Assembly: GCF_009914755.1 (NCBI RefSeq)
Contig: NC_060947.1
DNA: 64,000 nucleotides
Strand: one strand, 5' to 3'
Origin: the human T2T-CHM13v2.0 reference genome, Homo sapiens
Part shown: in pieces, positions 51,655-64,000 of the stretch
Numbering within the stretch: the stretch's first letter is position 1
How the letters are laid out: every line of letters starts with the position of its first letter
The notes under the pieces: model-generated
What the model saw: only the letters and a program-made list of their open reading frames with translations
Told to the model about the DNA's origin: nothing
The model's database searches: none
Program-made: the position numbers and the translations under genes

Positions 51655-51963
51655 GGCCAGGTACAGTGGCTCATGCCTGTAATCCCAGCAATCTGGGAGG
51701 CTGAGGTGGGTGGATCACTTAAGGCCAGGAGTTTGAGACCAGCCTGGCCAACATGATGAAACCCCGTCTCTACTGAAAATACAAAAATTAGCCGGGTGTG
51801 GTGGCATGTGCCTGTATTCCCAGCTATTCGGGTGGTTGAGGTGGGAGAATCACTTAAACGCGGGAGGCAGAGGTTGCGGTGAACCGAGATCACGCCACTG
51901 TACTCCAACCTGGGAGACAGAGTGAGACCCTGTCTTAAATAAATACATAAATAAATAAATAAA
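51655..51963 (+). mobile_element. AluS
   Basis: Full dimer with a (TAAA)n tail. Confidence 0.92.
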
Positions 51964-52811
51964 TTCCAGTGTTTGTTTTTCAGAATGAGTGAAATAAGAG
52001 ATGTGTTTCTCCTTGAGTGATGTAACTTGTGGCACGAGCCCCTGAAAAGGGGAAGTATGAGGTTCCAGGAGAGCTGCCCAGTACCTCCAATGCTATGTCT
52101 AGTTGCACAATAGTCAGTAGATAGGTCAGTGGGAGCAGTGGGTTGGGACTTCGCTTGCCACCCTTGAAACATCATGCCATCTTTGCAGTGGAGTCCCAGA
52201 TTTGGCAAATTCCCTGCCCTACAACCCAGTGGGCCCTCTTTTGACCCTTGCATTTGTGGTATCATTAGCAACAGTGACAGTTGGTGAACTTATGCCAACT
52301 CTGAGCCAATATCCAGGTCAGAGTTTGATTGCTTTGGGCCAAAGGCTATTATTGCATGGCTTGTAGAAGCATAGGCCCAATGCCAGAACTTCCATGCACT
52401 TACTCAGTATGGCCAGCTCTACAGTAAACGTGTGTGAAAAGATTCGGTTTTTATAGGCATTAATGTAAATAGTTTCTTTATATTGGACCTGGGTAACTAT
52501 GATGGGCAATTACAAGTACCCATTGCTTTCCTGAGTTGGCTATGAGAACAGAACATTCTGTGGTACGTGGTAGTGGGGGTGAGGGGAGGATCAGGTCTAA
52601 GAGGGACATTGCAGCTGCAAAGGGAAAGAAAAAAACTGAGAAGCCATCAAGGATTAGAAGGCAAATGGGAGCCATCACTCAAGCACTGTGTATCTTGAAG
52701 TGGTTGTCTGTCAGGTCTGTGATAAGACCTGGGGTGAAAAACCTCATAGTTCATGTGATTATCTGAAAAATACCAATAAAGGGAAGAGTTGATTATAGAG
52801 TTCGCCTGTTT

Positions 52812-53047
52812 AGTTTTTTTGTTTGTTTGTTTGTTTTTTTTGAAACTGTGTCTTGCTCTGTCACACAGGCTGGAAAACAGTGACGATCGTGGCTCACTGC
52901 AGTCTTGACCTCCTGGGCGCAAACAATCCCTCTGCTTCAGCCTCCTGAGTAGCTGGGACTGCAGGTGTGCATCACCACACCCATCTAATGTTTTAGTTTC
53001 GTAGAGGCAGGGTCTCGCTATATTGTCCAGGCTGGTCTCAAACTCAT
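52812..53047 (-). mobile_element. AluJ, 5'-truncated
   Basis: Antisense body that ends at GGCTGGTCTCAAACTC. Confidence 0.85.
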
Positions 53048-54234
53048 GGCTTGTTTAGCTTATTAAACTTTATTTTGTATATTGGAAATAATTCTTTGTG
53101 TACAGATCTGTTAGGTGTCCTCATTGTTACATCTATTGTTAGACAGAATTTTATTTTTCTTAATTTCATTGGTTGCCTGAATTGACTATATATGTGGTAC
53201 CACCTGTTAAAAGCAGATTTTGATGAGGAAGGGGAGAAAGAGGATAAAAATAACCTCTCCCTCAAGTCCCATTTCATGATGGAAGCTAGGATTCCAGTTC
53301 AGTGGCCAGGCTAACTGGTCACTTGATGCCAGTAGTGAGCTACTGCCACTGGATTTCTTTCAGTCAGCTTCACAATCGACACCAAATCCTGCAGCTGACG
53401 TGACTTTACTGCAATTCATGTTGATTGGAAAAATGGCAAAAGTCACCATCTAACCCAATCATAATATGTTTGTTTCCCAGATATAGACAGGCTGGGTTCG
53501 TCATTAGGCCTAGTGTAGTCATGCTCCCTAACTACTGTGAGTATCTGGAAGGATTGGGGAGGTATAGTGGCAGCGGCTTGTGGGACAGGCATGTGACAGC
53601 ATCCTTTTGCCCCCTTGCTGCTCACCCACCTGCTTCTTGCCACCTATTGGCTCCTCTTTGTCTTCCCCTCATTCTGTCTTCTCTTTATCCTTAATCCAGT
53701 TACTTTTGAATTTTCTGTTAAGGAACCAGGAGAGCCTCAGCATGAAAATAATTGGCTTAAGTATTCAAAGTACCAGAGCAACATACTTTATAATTCTTGG
53801 ACTGCCTGATTGTTACTGCTGCAGTGGTTTGTTGGGTATTAAATGAGACTTAGGGTATTTTGTAAACGTTTTCTGACATACAATTTGAAAGTTGAATTTT
53901 GTCACCTTACAAACTTAGTTATTCCTGCAACTTTTAAAACCCCCCTAAATTTTCCTTATGTGTTCATGATTATCCCCATAGCAGATAATGGCCACATGCG
54001 TGCTGATATGAAGGATTTGCTCCAGGGCTAATTGATGGGAGCAGAGCTGCCCAGTTGCTGAATTGTAAGGAAACAGTTCATGGAGCGCCAATGCCAATTT
54101 AGGAAAAGTATGGGGCTGAGTACTTAGTAAGATGAAATAAAAAAATATTTATCCAGTGCTTACTCTAAGGAGAAGGCACTTGGCTAGGTTTGCTAGATGC
54201 TGTGGGGAGCCTTAAAACAACAGTGATCTCTTCA

Positions 54235-54576
<342 letters not shown>

Positions 54577-54604
54577 CTAATTGGAGAAGCTGTTAAAGAC
54601 ACAT

Positions 54605-55663
54605 GAAGGATGTGGTGGAAAGAGTATTGAACTGCATAGGGTGTGGGGAGAGAGTCAGGAGTTTTGAATCCTAGCCTGAGTTCTGCCACTAAGCATTGGA
54701 AACTCTGGGCAAATCATCTCCCCACTCTGGGTCTCAGTTTATAAAAAGGCAAATGAACGAGATCATCTCTAAGATATTCTGTAGATTGATTCATAAATGT
54801 GGAAGAGATTCTGGAAAACGGAAGCTTGAGCCCAGGAGTTCCAGACCAGCCTGGGCAACATGGTGAGACTCTGTCTCTACAAAAAATACAAAACATTAGC
54901 CTGGTGAGGTGATGTGTGTTTGTAGTCCCTGTTTCTCAGGAGGCTGAGGTGGGAGGATCACATGGGCCCAGGAGGCTGCAGTGAGCTATCACCTGGGAGC
55001 TTGTTAGAAATGCAACTTTCATGGGCCCCACTCCAGACCTAGGGAATCAGAAACGCTGGGGATGGGGCCCCGCCATCTGTGTCCTAACAAGGTCCTCTCT
55101 CAGGAGATTTTGAGGCACAATAAAGTCTGACAATTACAGGCTATAGGAATTTGGGTCAGTGGTTCTCAGCCTCTGCCATACAATAGATTCATCTGGGGGA
55201 ACTTTGTTGGGGGTGGGGCGCTGACTTTGTTTGTGCTGCTGTAACAGAATATCTGAGACTGGATACCTTATAAAGAACAGAAATCTATTTCTCACGGTTC
55301 TGGAGACTGGGAAGTCCCAAGATCAAGGTGCAAACAGGTTCGATTGTTAAGGGCTGCTCTCTGCTTCCAAGATGACACTTTAGTTCTCCAGCCTCCAGAG
55401 GGGAGGAACGCCCTGCCCTCATGTGGCGGAAGGCAGAAGGGCAAGAGAGCCAAAGGCTCTGTTGAAGCTTTAATCCCATCCACCAGGGAGGAGCTCTCCC
55501 GGTTTAATCACCCCACCTCTTAGAGGCCCCACCTCTCAATACCATCACATTGTCCATTAAGATTCAACACCTGAATCTTGGACACATGAAAACCGTAGCA
55601 GGCACCCAGGCATCACTAGTTGCTTTGGCTCTCCAGGTGCCGCCAATTTTGAGAATCACTGGT
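54605..55663. mobile_element. Composite: MIR, doubly truncated AluJ (~54824-54989), MER5A (~54990-55140), and MER5A-like element split by an MLT1A/MST LTR (~55220-55601)
   Basis: MER5A motif CACCTGGGAGCTTGTTAGAAATGCA; MaLR motif TTTCTCACGGTTCTGGAGACTGGGAAGTCCCAAGATCAAGG; termini CAGTGGTTCTCA and TGAGAATCACTG. Confidence 0.7.
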
Positions 55664-56600
55664 TTAGGGGAAAGTGGCATGAACCAAGACTTCTGTCATT
55701 CTCTAGCTGCAATGAACGTCAGATGCAGGGAGTCAGCCAAAGCCAGAGGCTTGAATTTCACTCAAAGAAACTTGGCCTTTAGATTACAATGGAGAAAGGT
55801 TTTTGGCAATGGGAGTGATACATCCGAGGTGGAACATTTGAGAGATGATTCTGATGCTAGCTATGTGAAGAAGAGGGCATACCCATAGTTAAGAAATCTG
55901 ATGAAATAGTCTGGTGTGAAGTGATAATGGGCCAAATTAGGACCTTAGAAATGAAATTATAAGGAAGAAAATGTATGAAAGCTCTTTTGCAGGAAAAATG
56001 GGCAGGGTTTGGCGATGGTTGCTGGGGTGACAGCAATGTTAGAATGTCTTTGGTTCAGGAGTTCCTCTCAGACTTCTGGGAGGGCCAGTGCTCTCTAGAT
56101 GCATCTGGCAAAATTGTCATGTATGGATCTGTACAATTCTTTGTTTTTTGTTGCTTTGATTTAGGAGTTATAATGCGGAGGTGACCCACAGCAAGTTATA
56201 GAAAAATACAGAATTACAGTCACCTCAAAAGCTACTCATGGTCATCATGTCAGAGGGAAAAAATGCTGTTTTTCTTTTAAGGAAAGAATGCTTGGAGTTG
56301 TGGGAAAGTTGTAGACTTGGCAATGAGTAATTCAAGCCTATCAGTCAATTAAGTGAGTTTTTATTTTATCATTTGTTTTATTTGGGAGCTGCTGTAATAG
56401 TCATTGAGAGGACATCAGTCTTCATATTTTTAAAACAAAACAAAAATACCATTGAACATTAGGGCAAAGGACAAGAATTTCAAGGTTTTTACCTTTTGAC
56501 TTCAGCAAATATTTGCTGCTCCATTTTTCTTGCTAGATTTTGCCATTTGACTTGTGTTTTTCCTTTGTTCCAATTTGTTCTTTGTGCTTGATAACTGTAG

Positions 56601-56993
<393 letters not shown>

Positions 56994-58825
56994 TGACCAA
57001 AAATTATTCAAATTTGCATCCAGAAATGGCTCACAGAAAGAGCTCCTTGGTATTTATTTAGGGCATGGTGGGACCTTTTGTTAGTTTCTAGGTCATGCCA
57101 CATCTGGAAGGAAAGACACCTTTTATTTACTAATTTGAAAATCTATGAAAGCAGACTCAGTATTTTACAGGGTTGCATATATTCCTATGCAAAGTTGCAT
57201 ATATTCCTATGCAAAGTTAAAAATGACTCACTACTCCAACTTTGGTAAATGTGTGCACTTTAGTTTTTGAAAGAAGTGCAAAAATCTGCAGAAAAATCTG
57301 GACTAATCATAACTTGAAATTTTTAGTATATCTGGTAGATAACTTTTAAAAATATAACCCATCTTTTCCCAAACTGGATAGGGATAATTCCTCTCTTTGC
57401 AAATTGTGAGGAATATTATGATTGTATCATATAAAATAAATATAGAAACGTGTAGAATAAATGATCTTCCAGAGTATATAGAGGATATCACCAGATAATA
57501 CTCTGTACTAAATATAAGGACACAAAACTGGACTTTATTATATTTCTATAACTGGTAATATCCTTCCAGTTTTTGCTTGTTTATTAAATGAATATACTGT
57601 TAAAGATTTGGTTATGTTGTAGATCTTAATTATGTTGGAATTATTAAAAATGAGGCATCTTTAATCTGTACTGCTTATTTCCAATAAATTATTTTGCCGA
57701 ATGAGAGCCAGTTTACCAGTTCTTTTGTTAAAGAAAATGAGCCAGTGGCTACCTCAGTTGTATTTATCATTGCCTTTTATGGTAAACATTTAAAATGTGT
57801 TTTTAATGGTGCACATGCCAATGTTTCTGACCTCTATAGTAGCATAAGTATTTGAATAAAAGTGAGGTAAATGAGAAGTCTGTGCCACCCAGTCTCATCA
57901 CAAGTGTACCTAATTAAGAAGATGTTTGGAATTCACTGTTCTTTGATTTCTTGGGTGGGAGAGAATATTCTGAAGGCTGTGATTAAGGAATCGTTACCAT
58001 GACAATCACATTCAAAGAATTGAGAGGAGACAATGAGTCTGTGGGGGATCATCTCTTTTGATTGATTTGACTCTTCTTTTAAGTTCTTTCAAACAGCTGT
58101 TGTCACTGGATTTTCTTTTCCACGTAATTCACACAATTGATTGGTGATGTGGGGATCATTGAAGCTTGGTTGTCAGTAGTGATAAGGGTCAGCAGTGTCC
58201 ATGACCACAATACTTTTGCTAAACCTGGAGAGTGATTGTATGTGTTAAATGTCACTAAAAAGTAACTCTTGGCTTCTTTCTGGAATAATATATGTGGTTT
58301 GTCTATTTTCACTTATTAATTTTGTCAGGGTGGGATATGATTATCATGATCTCTTTGAAAGCATGACTAACTCTAAAGTGTTTGAGCTTTATTTTGGATT
58401 ACTTTGCTGTCATCTTACCCAGTGTTTTGTGTGCTGTTTTGTTTTTATTCTTTAACTTGCACAATGTTGTCAACGTAATTTATATGATGTTCTGGTCAGA
58501 GACACAGTTACACGCTGCAGATTGAAAAGTACACACAAATATACCCACCACGAGTGCTTCAGCCTCACGACCCCAGCTCATGTTAAGTGGGACATGCTAG
58601 TACAGATGATAAAGTGAAATGGAGATACAAAGGCAGTTCAGATCTGACTGTCAATTTTTCTCCTTTGTGGACTAATTCTGGGTGGTGAAACCATGAACTA
58701 TGGAACGAAGACTGCTCCAGCATGAGTCTGAGTTGAATCCCATGTGAGAGCTTTGCCTCCTCAGCCTTTGGGCCTTTCTTTCTTCTGCCCTCTGGAGGGT
58801 GTCAGAGAACATGAAATGCAAGGAC

Positions 58826-60879
<2,054 letters not shown>

Positions 60880-61559
60880 GATACTGTCTCTACTTAAGTA
60901 CAGGTGGGAGGAAGACTGGAAGATGTTCCTTTGAATTAAGTCACTTTAAAACATTTGCTTTCAAATGTTAGCGCTTCACCATGGGCACAAAATTTGTCTT
61001 CCTCCAGGCTTTTGGCCTGGCAAACAAGAACCCTGTCCCTATAGTCAGCAGATTCATCCATTTTGAGTTGGGAAGCATTATCTTCAGCCTTTTCTTCCTG
61101 ACAACGATCCTGACAATCGTCGTCAGGATCTCTAAAGAGATGAACTCATTAGCCTAGTGAACCAACAGTCTCAGCTGTTTATTTACCAGCACATTAACAG
61201 TTTTTCCATTTATATCCACTGCCTGTGTGACGATCAGCCTGGAAATGGTTTGAGCATAGGGTGGGAGGGGTGGTTACACACCTGGTTGTAATCCTTGGTT
61301 TATTTTTGCCCTGTTTCCATCTATACTTCTTGAGAGCTTCCTGTGTTACAGGCACTGACCTGGGTGTTGGGGCAGAGTAGTGAAAAAACAGACTGGGTCC
61401 CCCGCCCAAGGCACTGTCTTTTCCTCAGATTTCATTCGCTCATGTACATTTTCATAGTTGATCTAAAAGCGGCATTTGGTGTGAATTCTAGGATTTCACA
61501 CTTTTAGGATAATACAGTGATCACACTCCCTTTCTCCTTTGCCCCAGCCAGTCCTTTCT

Positions 61560-62300
61560 GAATAAAGGTCGAGGGATTGGGGGAGGAAGGCAGTGATGCG
61601 AATGGGCCTGTGGGGAGGTCGCACGGGCTTGAGGAGGGCAGCATGTCGTAGCGGGCCATATTTGTGTCAGGGTTGGGAACGGCACAAGGCACACCTGTTT
61701 CCTAGTGCTGCAGAACCCTCGTCCTGGGATGAGCCTGCCCGCTAGTCTGCATCCTAATCCTGCTGTTGATTGGAGATAACTTCAGCGGTCACAGGGCACC
61801 TCGTCTCCATGGCAACCCCTCTAAATATTCCTCTAGTGACTTGTGCTCTACATTCTGGCTGGATCAGAGCCCTCCTGTGGCAAAATATTCTAAAGATGTT
61901 AAAAGAGAGAGAGAGAAAAAAAAAAGGCTCAACTAATAAATCTATTCTAAACGACTGAGTCATTTGTTTTGATTACCCGGGTGATTGCCAAATGTTAATT
62001 TAAAACTGAAATAGGCCATGAGCTCACTCCCCTAACAATGCTGAGTGTTTGAGCTAATACGGCTTGATAATGAGGGAGCCAGATCCACTGCCAGTGCTCA
62101 TGTTATATGATAAACAGACATTTGGAGAAGTATGCAGAACATCTTGGCAGTTTTCCTTTAACTCTAAGGGTTGTAAATACAAAGTAGAATGTGTTACCAT
62201 GAGCCATTTCATAGGAAGTTGACTTTATTTTTTTAGAATTCAGAACTTTGCTTCTAAAAAGGTAACTTTGCCTCTTGATTCTCATTTTTTTCCCTAACTT
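61560..62300 (+). promoter_or_regulatory. Candidate internal promoter/enhancer upstream of FHL1 exon 2
   Basis: Apparently repeat-free and locally CpG-retaining; RFX X-box GTCTCCATGGCAAC at 61803-61816; AP-1 site TGAGTCA at 61956-61962. Confidence 0.5.
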
Positions 62301-62302
62301 AG

Positions 62303-62376
62303 GCACCTTGGAAGTTGTTTTCAACCATATCCAGCCTTTGCCGAATACATCCTATCTGCCACACATCCAGCGTGAG
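62303..62376 (+). other. FHL1: FHL1 non-coding exon 2 (74 nt, 5' UTR)
   Basis: Acceptor TTTTTTCCCTAACTTAG|G, donor GAG|GTAAGT; matches my recollection of the FHL1 5' UTR; no ATG. Confidence 0.88.
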
Positions 62377-64000
62377 GTAAGTTTTACTAATTGCCACAAA
62401 TTCTTACACTGATCTCCAACCTTCTAAGTTGTGGTATTAGGGGCGGCATTGTACAAAGGGCTTTATTTGTACAGGAGGTTTCAGAAGGTTCATTTTAATT
62501 GACTCAACCAATGTCACTGCTTACCCTAAATATTAGCTCTCGGGGGCAATGTCTTTTCAAGGGAAAATCTCATTTGCTTTCAACTTGGGCATATGAAAAG
62601 GGAATTTGCCAGGCACAACAGAACTATTTGAATGTCTGCTTTAAAGTAAAGATCTGCTCATGTCGTTGCACGAACAGTAGGGAGCAGGAAAGCTGCATGG
62701 AGCAAATGCTGGGATGGGACAGAGGAGACTCCTGCTGCCAGCCACGAGAAGGTTAGGCTGACCTGATCAGCTATTAGGAATCTTTCTCCCTGGGTGGAAG
62801 GAGCCAAGGTGCAGGACTGGCATTGCAAAATCTGGTGATAGAAGGCCAAAGAGTGCTTCTGCTCGGTGACATTAATAGGGTCCAGGAGATTTTCTTCTGA
62901 TTTGCCCTCAAGTTCAGAACAACCTGTGGGAAGCCAGTGTAAGAATGCTTATACTGGATAAGCGTTCTCTGTCCTCTTCATTTAGCCACAGTGGCTTGTT
63001 TATACTCTGTGATGACTCAGGGTTCCTCAATTTTCTCTTTGAGAGAGGGACATTGACCTTTGAAAATAATGAAGGAATCTAAGAGAAGGCTCATCCAGGC
63101 ACGATACAGTAATGGTCCCTCGTTTTTGGTGCCCCGGTCTCTGTGCGCTCACAAGAGGGAATGTAACCTTTGCCAGCACCATACCTGTCAGGCTTTGCCA
63201 TTTCATCCCTCAAAAGGTTGCTGCGTTTTTGCCTTCACCTTCACCCTGCCCACCCCTGCATGCAGCCACATGGTCAGTGTAGGTACTTAGATTTCAGTTA
63301 GGGTACATGCTCAGCAGGTGACAAGAATTGCCTTTGTTATGTCTACTTGCTACAGAATTCTCCCCAGGTTTTAAAATATATATCTTCAAATACCTAAATG
63401 TATTAAACCTTAAAGAGTAAAAAGCATAGGACAAACTTTTAGAAATGCTAAACCTGAATTTTATCCATTTCATCAATTATGGTGGTAGTCGGAAGTCCTT
63501 CCAAGGCCCTCGGGCTTGAAGCAAGCTCGGTGATACAAGCTTTCAGCAGCTTCCCTCTGCTGCTGGAGATGGAATCTTCATTTCTGGGTCTAAATCCTGC
63601 CATAGCTCTCATTCATAGCCTTTACCTATAATGGTTGTTTTCAAACTTAAAAAAAATGATAGAAACCTATCTTCAAAAAATACAAATCTTTAGATCTAAC
63701 CCCAATAGAGAAAACCAAAGCTGAACTGCTTTGGCTCAAGTAGGAGGCTGTGACTCTCTGTCACCCTCCTCTAAGGGTGAACCCTATTGAAAGAGCAGAG
63801 ATTTTAGCTCTGTGCCCTTTCCCAGCTCTTATTTTTATTTTCCCACAGAAGAGGCTAGATTCTTTAAGGAGATATAAAGAAGGGAGAGAGAAAGATATAA
63901 AGATTCTTTAAGGAGATACAAAGACATCCTCTCATCAGCTGGAAATGCCAGCTAGGTGAGACCTGACTATGCATATGCATTGTTTGCCCTTAGTAATTCC

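Noticed and set aside
62293-62302. Consensus branch-point CCTAAC next to the exon 2 acceptor
   Set aside because: The A is only about 6 nt from the 3' splice site, too close for a normal branch point.
63858-63924. 24-bp direct repeat AGATTCTTTAAGGAGATA(T/C)AAAGA
   Set aside because: Two copies around a purine-rich filler fit an ordinary local slippage duplication.

Overview
This is primate genomic DNA, almost certainly human, and it contains no supported protein-coding exon. The first ~39 kb are intergenic and crowded with repeats: Alus, old and young L1s, L2/MIR, ERV1 solo LTRs, DNA-transposon fossils and a U13 snoRNA retrocopy. A CpG island at ~39.2-40.7 kb holds a non-coding first exon (~39930-40025), and a 74-nt non-coding exon lies at 62303-62376. 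Joined at their GT/AG sites, the two give ...CATCCCCACGCA|GCACCTTGGAAG...CACATCCAGCGTGAG, which I recognise from memory as the 5' UTR of FHL1 (Xq26.3, + strand); the FHL1 start codon lies beyond the window. The most interesting items are an ~870-bp intronic tandem duplication carrying a perfect heat-shock element and a hairpin in each copy, with signs of gene conversion; a second ~340-bp tandem duplication; an excess of CArG boxes in the FHL1 introns; a perfect (CG)9 tract in the promoter; an intact SETMAR-binding mariner TIR; and several deeply nested transposon insertions. Repeat subfamily names come from recalled consensus sequences, all alignments and counts were done by eye, and element boundaries are approximate. 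I found no evidence for a new multi-gene system.
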